The notes beneath the pieces are model-generated. The model was given only the letters and a program-made list of their open reading frames with translations. It was not told the origin of the DNA and did no database searches. DNA of 64,000 nucleotides from Octopus sinensis (Eukaryota): positions 85,994,001 to 86,058,000 of the forward strand of contig NC_043005.1 in assembly GCF_006345805.1 (NCBI RefSeq), in the 5' to 3' direction. Shown here piece by piece: positions 13,500-27,254 of this stretch. Both the position numbers and the translations under genes were made by a program. How positions within the stretch are numbered: position 1 is the first letter of the stretch; each line of letters starts with the position of its first letter.

Positions 13500-14890
13500 T
13501 CTTGATCGTCATGAAGAGGTTCCTCACACTTAGATAAACTTAGATATGTTTCGACCAAAGATTGGTCCAGGCCATGTCTAACTTAGTAGCACCACCTGAT
13601 AGAATTACCTAAATCCTTTTTAAGTCAAATTTTGTTTATGGTCCATTCAAGTAGTGAGTTCTTGTTGAGTGAGTTGTATCCAGGTATGTGTGGCTTATCT
13701 GGTATTCCTTGAAGAAATCTCTCCAGACTACGTTTAAAGGTGATGGGAACCTTTTCCTCTTTGATCTCTTTCGGGACAATGTTAAACAGGACATGGCCTG
13801 TTGAGGAAAAGAAATTATATCGCAGTGTATCTATATGCTGTAATCCTGTATTTGGCAGGGGACGTATGCCCTGTGGTCCCAGCCTTGGATGAACCTGGAA
13901 ACTAATGTTCATATCGTTTGGGCAATACTGACGGTATCTTCCACATCGCACAAATGATGCACCGCTCGCAGCGGCGCTGGAGACTGTAGTTTCAAGGCTT
14001 TATGGCGGTCTCAGTAATCGAGATCAGTCATGCCTTCAGTTTGTTTAGTGAATGGACTCTGGGTTGATTCAATCCTCGAGATATTTTGTTTTGTATGGGG
14101 AGACCACATGGCGCAGCAGTATTCGAGGTGTGGCTGTACCAAGGATGAGAAAAGTGGAATGAACTATATCGAACTTATTGTTGATATGGGCACTCTAACT
14201 GGGATTTTTATCAACAATTACACCTAGGCCTCTGATATTAGTAGATGCTGTGAGCGGTTCTCCTGAAGGAAGAGAGTATGGCGGTTTTAGTATTAGACTT
14301 TCTTCCAAAATGCTTCAGCTCAAATTTTCCCTCATTCAGTTGCATTTTGTTTTGGTCTGCCCATTGATTCACAGCATATAGATCAGACTGGAGTCGAGTT
14401 CGGTCTGCTTCTTCATTGATGATTTGCTGGAGCTTAGTGTCATCAGCAAATATTTTCACATTGCAGTAATGTACGACACTGGAAAGGTCGTTTATATAAA
14501 TTATAAAGAGGAGCGGGCCCAAGACAGTCCCCTGGGGGACACCGCTGGTGACTTTTGCTGGGCATGAATGAACTCCATCGACCACAACTTCTTGTATTCT
14601 ATTCGCCAGGAAATATTTAATACAGTCTAGAACTTTTCCACGAATTCCAGCATTTGCCAATTTTGAGAGTAACATATTATGGTTAACCCTGTCGAACGCT
14701 TTACTGAAGTCAAGATATATGACATCGGTGTTCCAACCTGTTCCCAAGGCTTTAAGTATATCTTCAATGTGGTGTAAGAGCTGTGTTAGACAGTCCCTAC
14801 CACAGCAAACGCCATGCCGATTTGCTTTTAGGAGTTTGTGGGTCTCCAGGTAGTCAGCTACCCTTGATCTCACTACTCTTTCAAACACTT
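13500..14890 (-). mobile_element. CR1/L2-group LINE, 5'-truncated, with 3' end
   Basis: RT motifs [34 protein letters not shown] and FADDTKL; C-terminus NKNSLLEW; same family as 56993-59190. Confidence 0.92.
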
Positions 14891-15088
14891 TAATGATGAG
14901 AATGACAATGCCTAAATTTAATTATAAATACTATGATTATTTTTTTGTTACACATTTGCATTGTTTTTCGAAACATACCTTTGCATTAAATCCAGTTTTG
15001 TAATAAATCTATTTCTGTTTCTACATTTTTCTTCATTTTTTAATACTTGTTTATAGTATATTTTTATAACTAAAACGAAACTCCTCAA

Positions 15089-15144
<56 letters not shown>

Positions 15145-15807
15145 GGATACGTATACACACACACATATATTGGTAATCTCATATATTAGAGCATACTGAG
15201 TTTTCACTTTCGCCCTCTCTTGATATATATGTATTTTTTCCGTTCTCACTCAATCATATTATAAGTACATAGTTACATTCACACACTCTCTTACTAATAC
15301 ACACAAAAGCGAGCACACATTCAGTCACACACGCGCACTCATGCACACACACGCACACACACACAAACACACACACATACTTCTACATATTTCATCCACA
15401 TCTCGCATCACAGGCCTTATTCATACTGTTTTACTCTGTAACGTTTGTTAAGTTCGTTAATGCAAATCAATTAAAGGCAAGTGAAAACGTCAGAAGTGCG
15501 ACTAGCATTTATATACATACGTGTCTCTGTGGGTGGGTGTGTTTGTATGTGTGTGTGTGTGCGTGCGTCTATATGTGTGAATGTGCATGTCAGTATGTGT
15601 GTATAAATATATGCATACATATATATATATTTTGTTGTATTTAGGAGTGGTCACATATACAGTTACACATGTATCTGTATATATACGTACATATACATTA
15701 CTTCTTTACATATATATATATATATATATACACACACATATATATATATACATATATATATATACATATATATATATACATATATATAATTACATATATA
15801 TATATAC

Positions 15808-15922
<115 letters not shown>

Positions 15923-16087
15923 GATGCAGTCTGGAATTTCCTGCGATTACATAAAATATGGGGAGACGGTCATAACTGGAATGTATTTAACGTTTTGTTT
16001 ACATATCTCTCTTGAAATACATTACTTGATTTTTTAAATAATGAAGAATTTAATAAAATGAGTTTGTCACTTTCAAAACAGTGTATT

Positions 16088-16242
16088 GGTAGACAGCATG
16101 CAGAATCGTTAGCATATCTTTACGTTCTGAATTCAAACTCTCCCGAGGTCGACTTTACCTCTCATCGTTTCGGAATCGATAAAATAATTACTAGATGAGC
16201 ACACAAATTCCAGGCCCTGTGTATTTAGTAGAAAGGATTATT
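16088..16242 (+). mobile_element. SINE family A, degenerate
   Basis: gttctgaattcaaactctcccgaggtcgactttacctctcatcgtttcggaatcgataaa core. Confidence 0.65.
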
Positions 16243-16509
16243 AAACTGGTGTTTGCCTCATAAATTAGCAAGAAATTTTGAGAGAAGGTTTGAAGTTATT
16301 TCACCTGATGTTTATTTCAAAGAAACCTGATCGGCCTTAGCCGGGTTGATATCAAAATTGCTAAAACGACAGAGTGTGATTTCAGCGAGATATAGCTGCC
16401 AATTTTAGCAAGTCAAACAAAAAATAGATGGCACGTTGTTGACCCGAGATTGATTCAGTTAATTGTGTGTTCATGTTGGTTACTGATACTTTTATTATTT
16501 CTATTGCAG

Positions 16510-16810
16510 TAAGGATCGCAAGATAATGGGTTCGATACATGCTCGGTGCGTTTTGTCCTTCAGTAAGACATTTTATTTCATGTTGCTTCAGTTCACGTTT
16601 CTGAAAAACAAATGAGATGCAGCTGTATTTTAAAGAAGCGACCTCGTCACATTCTGTTTAAGGTTGGGTCTCCCCAAGAACTGCGTTAAAGGTACTCGTG
16701 TCTAGGGAATACTCAGTCAGCTGCATGTTAATTACAAGAGCAGACTGTTCCGATAATCGAATCAGCAAGAACCCACGTCGTTGTCGAAACTGGCAGAACA
16801 CTGGCCACTG
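16510..16810 (+). mobile_element. SINE, family C-like with alternative tail
   Basis: gggttcgatac...gtccttcagtaagacattttatttcatgttgc...ctcgtcacattctg; homologous to 10095-10295. Confidence 0.6.
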
Positions 16811-16999
16811 TCGTTGTGAAGGACGTCATGTAGAATAAGGTCAGTACAGGAATCGTGCAGGGAAATCACGGGGAATTAGAAAAGACAACAACGAAATATA
16901 GGAAGCGAAAGCGGAGGAGAAATAGAAGAAGGAGGAGGAGAAGGAGGAAAAGTAGAAGGAGAAAGAGGAAGGAGGGCATCTTTGTTGGTATGGGGTTAT

Positions 17000-17301
17000 T
17001 TGTGATTAGGTGGATGTGGAATTAATAGTAAAAGAAGTGGTGGAGGTGGAGGTGGTGGTGGTAGAAGTAGTAATAGTAGTAGTGGAGGTGGAAGTGGAGG
17101 TGGTGGTAGAAGTAGTAGTAGGATGGTGAAGGTGATGGCGATGATGATTCTTGGTAGTCATGGTGATGATGTTGGTGGTGAGGAGGAAGCTTGCTGTGGT
17201 GGTGGTGGCGGTGGTGTTATTCGAAATCGTGAAGCAACATATAGCGGTGATAGCTATCAGGACATTGATGGTATGATGGTAGTGGTAGTAGTAGTAGTAG
17301 T

Positions 17302-17379
<78 letters not shown>

Positions 17380-17941
17380 TGCAGCACCCGTTCGGGGTAG
17401 ATAAAATGGCGGCGATATTGCTTCAGACAGGACTTTGACACGTTAATGCTGCGACAAAGATTGTGTGGAAATGAAATAGGTGAGAAAATATGTGGAAGTG
17501 GATTCGTGGGTAGAGGAGTAAATGGCGGTGGAAGAAATATTCAATGTAGCATATTCTCAGTTTTAGATTCCGAAGTGCAGTTTATGATAACAATAATGAT
17601 GATACTGATGATGTTATTGTTGTCATTTTTGATGAAGATGATGATCATGATGATCATGATGATCATGATGATCATGATGATCATATGATCATGATGATGA
17701 CGACGATGATAATGATTATGACGATGATGATGCTAATGTTGCTGATGATGAAGGCGACAACAAAAAAGATGGCAACGACGACGATGACGACGATGATGAT
17801 GATCTTAGCAGCGATGGTGATGACGATTGAGGATGATCACGATGGTGATGAGGAAAAAGATGTTGATGATGACGATGATGGTGATGATGATAATGATTGA
17901 GGTTGATGATTGATGATGAGGACGATGTTGATAATGCTGGC

Positions 17942-17978
<37 letters not shown>

Positions 17979-18000
17979 GTGATGGTGATAATTACGCTGA
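17000..18000. repeat. low-complexity (GGT/GTA/GCA/GAT)n region
   Basis: Direct inspection. Confidence 0.9.
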
Positions 18001-18495
18001 TAATCCCGACATTAGCAGTTTTCAGTGAGTCGGCTTTGCATCACTTCTACCATTTTCTCTCCAAGGCAATTGCGAAAAGTTACATTTTACTTATTACATA
18101 CACCAGTAAAAACAAGATAAAAATGCAAATCACAAATCACACACTTACACACCACACACACACACACACACACACACCGTGCACACACTATTTGTTCTCT
18201 TTGTTTTGCCTTTGTTATTTCTACTTCGTTTAAACTGTTTCTTTTGTTCGACAACCAGGCTTTCATATTGCTTCGTCAGATGTTTAGAGAGTTAATTGCA
18301 ATGTTTAATCATCTAAAACCCGCACCATTGTGCTGCCGTACACATCAAAAGACCGTCTTTAGCTGAACACACTTCTATCAGTACATAATACAGCAACGCA
18401 CACGCATACATGTATATACATACATGCATACATACATATAGATATTTTTTATACCTATATATTTATATATCTTATGTATTTCTGTATCTATATAT

Positions 18496-18581
<86 letters not shown>

Positions 18582-18583
18582 AT

Positions 18584-18620
<37 letters not shown>

Positions 18621-19066
18621 TATACATATGTATGTATATGTATAAACTTATGTATGTATACATAAATATATAAATGCAAGTATATGCATGTATTCACAGA
18701 CACACACATACACACATATAGATGTACACGCACACATATGTATATATACATATATAAATTTATAAATTCATATATATAAATATATATATATACATAATTA
18801 TATACTAGTGCATATACATAAATTCATTTATATATATATATATATGTATATGTACATATACATACATACATATATATATATTATATATATATATATTATA
18901 TAGTGACGTATTTTTGCCATTTCAATATGGCTAACCCCTAAGGGTGGATGCTACTGTAGTTTTTAGCCCCAGGAGGACACACTCCTCCAGCTGGCCATAG
19001 ATACACTATCTGTGTCCTGTCAGTATTTGCAAAGGGAAGTCATCCTCCCGTCTTCAACTTATGATA

Positions 19067-19111
19067 CACACGCACTCGAGTTTCGAGGTATTAACCTCTC
19101 GTCAGCGTGTG
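19067..19111 (-). ncRNA. minimal type-I hammerhead ribozyme fold (G at position 17)
   Basis: CACACG-CUGACGA-GAGG-UUAAUA-CCUC-GAAA-CUCGAG-U-G-CGUGUG: 6-bp stem I, 4-bp stem II, palindromic stem III (ACUCGAGU). Confidence 0.75.
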
Positions 19112-20197
19112 ACAATCATAGTTGTCGCCGAGAATTAGATTTCCTTCACAATACTTATACTTTTTCCAGCGTCCACTGTCGCTGATATTGAAAAAGTGAA
19201 ATCAAACAATGATAAATATCAAAGTGAGTTATATACAGTAGCGGTAACACATCGTGACGTATTTTTTGCGTTACCGCTACTGTATATAACTCACTTTGAT
19301 ATTTATCATTATATATATATATATATACTTACAAACCTATGTATACAAACGTATTATATATGTATGTATATTTATATATATATTTATATATATAATATAT
19401 ATATAACAAATATAAATGCAGCACATATATACTTATGTATATGAACATACATACACACACACATATATAATCACACAGAAGCGTATGTATATATATATAT
19501 ATATATATATAAGTATGTATATATATATGTGTGTGTGTGTGTGTGCGTGTGTGCGTGCGCTGCATGAATTAAGACTATATATCTGAATTAAGATTGCATA
19601 AAATAAATTTCGTCTAATGACGTGTGTAACAGGTACGTACTATAAGTTCTTGGGTTGGCTTATCACTAAATTTCTATCAGTTACCAACAACTAACATAAA
19701 CTTGATGTAGCATTCAAGCAAAGAACGGCTATAAGTGGTTCATCATTGAGCGAGTAGATACATATTTGAAAGAAGGAATGCATAAAACATCTGGTATCAC
19801 TTATATGATTTATATTAAGGTTGCAGATATAATTAGGGCTTGTGTATGTGTGTATGCATATACCTGCGTTGGGCATGCATGGATGTATGTATATCCCCAG
19901 AGGTACGACGTTTTAGAAATGATCAATGGTCCCGCTCGTATTTCAATACCGACGAAATCTTGAGTGGGTCAGCGAAAAGTTGGTGCGTCAGTGGATTATT
20001 TCCAAATCATTTAATGGAGGTTTATTGACGGTGATGATGATTGCGAGGCAGATTTTGAGAGGAAAGACAATTATGTGAAACTGAAATGGGAGGTACGTTT
20101 GTCGATGATGATTCTTCGTCCACCCACACGCCCCCACCCACACACGCACTCACTTATACCTACACAGAGGCGCGCGCACACACACACATACACACAC

Positions 20198-20244
<47 letters not shown>

Positions 20245-20250
20245 TATAAT

Positions 20251-20655
20251 TTACTTGTTTCAGTCAATAGACTGCAGCCATGCTGGAGCACACTCTTGGA
20301 AATTTTTTAGTTGAATGAATCGAACCCTGTACTTATCTTTGAAGGCCTGATAATTATTCTATCGGCCTCTTTTGCCGAACCGCTAGTTTACACTGGTTGT
20401 CAAGTGGTGGTGGTGGTAGTGGGGTTCAAACACAGACACAAAGCCATACACATACACAAAGACGCAAACATGCACACACACGCAAACGCAAACACAAACA
20501 TACAAACACAGATTCCGTCTACCAAATTCACTGACAAGGGTTTGGCTAGCTTGAGGCTTATATTAGACGATTTGTCCGAGGTGCTACGCAGTAGACTGAA
20601 CCTGGTACCATGCGACTGGGAAGCAACCTTCTTACCACAGAGCCACACCTACGTC
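20251..20655 (-). mobile_element. SINE family B, full length
   Basis: Tail (cagccatgctggagcac), internal CA-rich tract and head (...ttaccacagagccacacctacg). Confidence 0.8.
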
Positions 20656-21472
20656 TATATAGACAGGAGAGTTGGATTCGAAAATCAAGCGGAATACACC
20701 GTTAACACACCTACTGATTATCAGGCAATTAGGTGAGCAAATAAAATCTGAATTTAACAGCGTGATGCAACGAAAAATCCAGAATACACAAACAGTAATT
20801 TGGCCATCCCGGACTATCGAATAATCAAGAAAATTAAACGAAGCAGGTAGAGATGAGAGACAAAGATTTTTAATACAGAAATAGCAGTCATGGAATTATC
20901 TTTCATCTCCTTGGTATATTCTATGAAGAAAGCGTATATAATTTTTATTGAATGGCAAAATCTTCCTTATTTATTAGAAATATTTCTATTAAGTCTATGA
21001 TTTGATCTGGGCGATCTAGTAATGGAATCGCCTGCATGGGGAGCCTCGTTTTGATTTGAGGGGGTTATGAAAATAAATAAATAAATACAAAACTAAGCCA
21101 AAACAAAGATGTTAGCCCAGACAGAATTGTCATTGAGATGATAAAAGCACTGGAGGCACATGGAATTAGGAAACTGATAGATTTAATAAACAAGATCTAC
21201 GATGATGGGAAATTTCTAGAAGATCTGAGTAAATCCGTCTTTATTGCACTTCCGAAGAAAGAATGGTCGGTGGACTGTGAAGAAAATCGCTCGGTTAGTC
21301 TTATGAATCACGTTGCAAAGAACATTCTGAGGATTTTACTTCGGCGAGCAAGAAGCAGAACTACTTGACTTCGTAATGGGTGCTTGTACTAGGAATGCTT
21401 TATTTCTATTGAAAATGACAGCGGAGTGGTCGGCGAAGATGCAGAAATACGTTTTCATGTATCTTATAGATT

Positions 21473-21888
21473 TCTTTATTGTCCACAAGGGGCTGAACAT
21501 AGAGGGGACAAACAAGGAGAGACAAAGTGATGAAGTGGATTACATCGACCCCAGTGCGAAACCGGTACTTTATTTATCGACCCCGAAAGGATGAAAGGCA
21601 AAGTCGAACTCAGCGGAATTTGAACTCAGAATGTAACGACAGAAGAAATACCTATTTCTTTACTACCCACAATGGGCTAAACACAGAGAGGAGAAACAAG
21701 GAGAGACAAACGGATTAAGTCAATTACATCGACTCCAGTGCGTAACTGGTACATAATTTAATCGACCCCGAAAGGATGAAAGGCAAAGTCGACTTCGGTG
21801 GAATTTGAACTCAGAACGTAGCGGCAGACGAAATACTGCTGAGCATTTCGCCCGGCGTGCTAACGATCCTACCAGCTCGCCGCCTTCA
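21473..21888 (-). mobile_element. SINE family A dimer with 21-bp TSD
   Basis: TSD ttttcatg(t/c)atcttatagatt at 21452-21472 and 21889-21909; full unit 21653-21888 plus headless unit 21473-21652. Confidence 0.9.
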
Positions 21889-22484
21889 TTTTCATGCATC
21901 TTATAGATTACACTTGGGCCTTTTAATCTTATTTGGAGAACTCAGTAACCTTGATCTGCATGAGGAGGACTTCTAAATCTTGTGGAGTCTGGATTGGAAC
22001 CAAACAACGTGCATAAAGATCGATGTAGAATGCAGTGAATGCATAAGCATCAGGAGATGTGTTTGACAAGGATGTGTTATGTCACCACATCTCTTGAATG
22101 ACTAGAGCGAATTGATCACAAGAGAATTGGAGAAGGAATAAAGTCTTACAGAAGGAAGAAGAAACAACCACAAACATAAAATATGCAGATGACAGAATCA
22201 TATTTTCAGCTTGGGAAAAAGAAGTTCGGGGATGTGAAAGAAAAGATAAGTTGATAAATTGCAAAACAGACTATATGGTGGTGACAAAGAAGGGAAGCCC
22301 AAACTCCATGCTGAAAGTGAACAACCAAATCATTAAGCAGATATCAACTGCCTGGGAACTTTGGTCAGAAAAGACGCAAGATGTATGAAGGAGATCAAAA
22401 GACGAATAGTGCTGGTAAAATCTCCCTTCCCAGAACTGTACATCAGCTTGTGAATCCTTAATCTTAGCATCAACACCAACATCC

Positions 22485-22654
22485 GTATTTTGAACTGTGG
22501 CCATGCTGGAGCACCGCCTTTAGTCGGGAAAATCGATCCCAGGACTTATTCTTTGTAAGCAGAAGCGCTAAGTTACGGATACTTAAACACACCAGCATCG
22601 GTTGTCAAGCGATGTTGCGGGGACAAACACAGACACACTAATATATACACACAC

Positions 22655-22736
<82 letters not shown>

Positions 22737-22911
22737 TAATATAATATACGACGGACTTCTTTCAGTTTCCGTCTATCAAATCCACTCACAAGACTCTGGT
22801 CGGCCCGAGGCTATAGTAAAAGACACTTGCCCAAAGTGCCACGCAATGGGACTGAACCCGGAACCATGTGGTTGGGAAGCAAGCTACTTCCCACACAGCC
22901 ACTCCTACGCC
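22485..22911 (-). mobile_element. SINE family B, full length with internal (TA)n
   Basis: Head aggcgtaggagtggctgtgtgggaag...gggttcagtccc, CORE-like segment, (TA)n/(CATA)n and tail. Confidence 0.9.
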
Positions 22912-23334
22912 TGTGTGTATCTTGTGTTAACATATGGAAGTGAGACACGGTCTAGAACGCCAGGATTAAGAACGTTCCTGGAGAACTGTTAAATGTGATT
23001 CTTACGGAGAATGTTGAGGATAACATGGTCAGACAAAGTGTCTAATGAAGATCCGGGTTGCGGCAAATGGAAACTTCTTTCTGAGATAAAGGGCAGACAA
23101 GTGAAATTTCTTGGTCATGAGACATGGAAAGAGGGTCTGGAGAATTTAGAGACGAACGGAATGAGAGAAGGGAAAAAGGTGAGGAAGGAGAAGAATGATA
23201 TGGATATTAAGATTGATGAATTGGTTGGGGACGAAAAGGCATTAAGCATCAGGAAGTGGAACAGTTACAGAAAACGATGGACAGAGGATTGTGGGAGGAT
23301 ATTATCACTTAAAATACAGTTCTATATGTAAGAG

Positions 23335-23490
23335 ATGATGAATTATTTACGTTATTTACATTTGACGGATATTTGTCTCATCTTGTTTGTTGTTAACACA
23401 AAGTTTCGGCTGATATACAATCCAGCCTTCATCAGGTGTCTTGGGAAAATTTTGAACCTAGGTTCTCATTTGTAAAGCATTATTTCGATG
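23335..23490 (-). mobile_element. Penelope-type terminal repeat remnant containing a hammerhead fold (23395-23440)
   Basis: GACAC-CUGAUGA-A-GGCUG...CAGCC-GAAA-CU-U-U-GUGUU; homolog at 24213-24312 (+). Confidence 0.7.
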
Positions 23491-23493
23491 TTG

Positions 23494-23543
<50 letters not shown>

Positions 23544-23619
23544 TGGAGGAAGTTTGCGCTCTCTAAGTGCTCTTATCATCAACATCATCATCATCATCAT
23601 CATCATCATTATTATTATT

Positions 23620-24173
23620 GAGTGAGAGAGCAGTTCATGTCATCAAAGTGACGCTGGGGTAAAATATACGAAGCCCAATATACCCATCATGACTACCCGT
23701 CTGATAAGGGTACACCAGGCACATGCATCACAACCATATGTGCGCGACATGGTGATCTCATATCAAGATAAACAGCACATGACCTTGCAGGTGGGATCCA
23801 GTTAGAATTTTCTTCAGGTTGAGTAGCCCATCCTGCTCAAAAGGTCCCTGAATAAGTGTTGGTTAAGGATGTTGAAAGAACCACCCATGTTTCCAGAGGT
23901 GAATTATTCAAACCCCAAAGAATCCCTCTCAACACATGGCTATGATTCTCCCCCACTACTTCTGCTCGTGATCAGAGATGCACATATCGTCAGCCACTAA
24001 GGGACATCCTCAACTGGTTACGGTCAAACAACTGACGAGCAAATCTGTGGTATTGAGCAGAATATTTGCTGTAGCCCATCTTTTATACCAAGACAAAACA
24101 ATGTACATGATAACACTTCCAATCAGTTAAGATCAGAAGCCACGAGAGCCACTGCCTGGTACTGCATCAGGGC
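23620..24173. repeat. unclassified ~550-bp element bounded by (ATT)n on both sides
   Basis: Sharp boundaries against ATT tracts and higher sequence complexity; recalled as a high-copy octopus repeat but single-copy within this window. Confidence 0.45.
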
Positions 24174-24212
<39 letters not shown>

Positions 24213-24215
<3 letters not shown>

Positions 24216-24312
24216 GAAATTTCCCCAAGTCACCCGATGAAGGCTGGAGAGTATATCAGGTTAAACATTGTGTTAACAACAAACAACATGAGGACAAATA
24301 TCGGTTAAATGT
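24213..24312 (+). mobile_element. decayed copy of the 23335-23490 hammerhead-bearing repeat, truncated at a SINE
   Basis: ccccaagtcacccgatgaaggctggagagtatatcagg...tgtgttaacaacaaacaacatgaggacaaatatc. Confidence 0.7.
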
Positions 24313-24315
24313 TCT

Positions 24316-24618
24316 GAGACCCACTTCGGTCGCGACGCAGACCATGGGATTGCGCCTAGAAAGTTACCCTCCCACGCACAAGTCCGGGCATACCAGCCTC
24401 TCCTCTCCACGCCATCACTGTTCTCCAAGGAAAAGGCAAAGGGGCCGATACAGCTTGGCACCTGTGACGTCGCAACTCATTTCTACAGGTGAGTTAACTG
24501 GAGCAACTGATATAAAAGTTTCTTCCTCAAGAACACAACACGCAGCCTGGTACGGGATTCGACCTCACCACCTCACGATCGTAACCTCAACGCTCTAACC
24601 ACTGAGCCATGCACCTTC
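24316..24618 (-). mobile_element. SINE family C
   Basis: Head gaaggtgcatggctcagtggttagagcg...gaggtcgaatccc; homologous to 8776-9085. Confidence 0.85.
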
Positions 24619-24676
24619 ACACACACACATATATATACATGTATATATATATATATGTATATATATGTGTTATATA

Positions 24677-24742
<66 letters not shown>

Positions 24743-25319
24743 CTGAGAGTGTGGGTCTGTATGTTTGTCTGTGTGAATGCGCCTTCACCGTCAAACGCAA
24801 ATAATGTAAATGATGATCACTTATGTCCTACATTCTGAACATGGCGCATAAAGACAGAAGATAAATATAAATGCAGATGAGTTCTCTAGCATTTGCTGCA
24901 TTAATATCACAAAAGAACATGCATTTAAAGGAAGACTCTACTTAATGTTATACAGCTGCATGTATTGCAGACGTCCGCAACTTTCAAAGCGGTTTTATTA
25001 TCTAGTTTTGTGAAGAAACACAGGATTTAAATGTAAGAGATATCAGACCTCGAACTTATCCTATCTCATTAATAACCCCTATTTTAATCTTTCTCAGCTT
25101 CACTATTAAGCTCTAGATACCACAATCATACGTCACAGAGTTTGACGTGTTGTTCTCATCAGAAATAGGTAATTCATTAAACACTTATGCGCTCGGAAAT
25201 CTGTTCAAATCTTGAGTAATCTCCACCCACATCGCATAATATGTGTACAACATATATATGACACTCAGTTAAACAATAAATGCATTTCAGAAATAAAATG
25301 ATATTATATATTATTATAT

Positions 25320-25476
25320 GAAGCCAGCGGGCCAGCAGGATCGTTAGCACGCCGGACAAAATGCTTGGCAGTATTTCGTCTGTCTTATGCTCATCGCTGG
25401 AATTCCGACGAGGTCTACTTTACTTCTCACCTTTTCGGAACCGAAAGAATAAATACCAGTTCAGTACTAGGGTCCG
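25320..25476 (+). mobile_element. SINE family A, degenerate
   Basis: gatcgttagcacgccggacaaaatgcttggcagtatttcgtc head. Confidence 0.7.
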
Positions 25477-25558
25477 TATAATCGAATAACTGCTTCCCTC
25501 AAAAAAGAAAAAAAAAGCAGGCCATGTACTAATAGTAGAAATAATAATAATGATGATG

Positions 25559-25608
<50 letters not shown>

Positions 25609-25799
25609 TAATAATAATAATAATAATAACAACAACAACAACAACAATAACACAACAACAACAACAAGGAAAATCAGGAGGATAAGAAAAGAGAAGAAGA
25701 AGAAGAAGAAGAAGAAGAAGAAGAAGAAGAAGAAGAAGAAGAAGAAGAAGAGAAGTATGATGGGGTAGAAAGTGAGCTGACATCCACCGGAAAAGGTTT

Positions 25800-26340
25800 G
25801 TGCACCCTTGGCATCAGAAGACGGATTTTCTAGTGTGACAGCTTATCTCCATTGCTTTTTGTTCTCTGCATTGATCCTTCAGACTTCAGTATTTAGGAAA
25901 ATGAACCTAGGTTATCAACTAAAGGGAAAATCCCAAACAATCAACCACCTCCTCTTCATGGATGATTTGAAACTGTATGGCAAGCATGAGATACAAGTAC
26001 GTTCCTTGGTGGACACGGTCCACTGTTTTAGTGCTGGTATTAGAATGAAATTCGGATTCAAGAAATTTGGAATAATATACCTAAAAGAGGCAAGGTATAG
26101 TCCCTAGCAGAGATAGAATTAGCTAATAAAGAACGGTTTAAAGAAATTGAAACAGAAGGCTACAAATATCACAGTTCAACGAGATAACGAAGAAGGAAGT
26201 GAAAGAACAACTGAGGATAGAATATTTCCGAAAACTAAGATTGATGTTGCGTTCAAAATTGACCGGATGGAATAAAATCCAAGCATTTAAAACATGGGTG
26301 ATATCATTACTTAGGTATGGAGCGGGAATTACCAAATGGC
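25800..26340 (+). mobile_element. R4/Dong-type RT fragment between (GAA)n and (CTA)n tracts
   Basis: DSLSPLLF, INHLLFMDDLKLYG and EYFRKLRLMLRSKL...WVISLLRYGAGITKW. Confidence 0.85.
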
Positions 26341-26341
26341 A

Positions 26342-26416
<75 letters not shown>

Positions 26417-27254
26417 ACTACTACTTAATACAATAAGGATTGTTTCTCGTAAATCATTTTGCTAAATACTTCAGATGCGTGTTGACAACATTCCTTTAGC
26501 TAGAGGCATTAACACAAACACTGTTCATGTTCAGAGATCAATTGCTATTGGCTATACACATCTACAGATTTCCAAACATGTAGTCCAACAAATCTCATTC
26601 TATCTACCCCAGCCCCTCTTTCTCTCTCACTCTCTCTGTCTCAGTATCCCTCTCTCTCTCTCTTCGATAGATTTCAGTCATTCTGCAATACAGTATTCCT
26701 TTTACAGTAAGTATACCGGTTTGACTGCGTGTCAGTGAGTGTAACTTGTTTATGTGTTTGCATTAAGTGTCCAACTGTTGCATGTATTACAGACGCAACC
26801 CTAACCACCCGGATACTGATGCTCAGGAGGTTCTTATAATCCGCAATAATTTACACGCAGGAACTTCAAATTCCCGTGACCTACAGACTAGTTGATTGGG
26901 CGACACCGTGTCACAGTCCCATCCAAACTGCAGTATTGATAAAATTCGATTACCTTTAGTAGGGTACAGGTAGCTCTATTTTATTTAATTATTTAAGTAA
27001 ATGTACTAGTAGTTTAATTTAGAGTGTGTTGACCAAGAGGACACCGTTTGTTTGAAAACATCGGTAAATTTGGAATGAAATATTCCGGAATATCGATGAT
27101 TGTTTGTAAGCGACTTCTGTGCGTACGGCAGTCCCATATATGTGAAACCAAATTCGATGTACGAAGGTTGTAAGGCAGTCAAACACAGACACACACAATC
27201 AAAATATGTGGTAAGCGATAACTACAGTTAACCAAGTGTGTTGTCTGTTTAAAC

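Larger units (their letters stand above)
21100..23290 (+). mobile_element. RTE-clade LINE RT region, decayed and interrupted by two SINE insertions
   Basis: KSVFIALPKK...NRSVSLMNHVAK, TRNALFLL, QGCVMSP, YADD, LTYGSE, LRRMLRITWSDKVSNE and RQVKFLGH occur in correct order. Confidence 0.85.

Noticed and set aside
18255-18290. CUGACGA...GAAA on the minus strand
   Set aside because: No stem II or stem I pairing.
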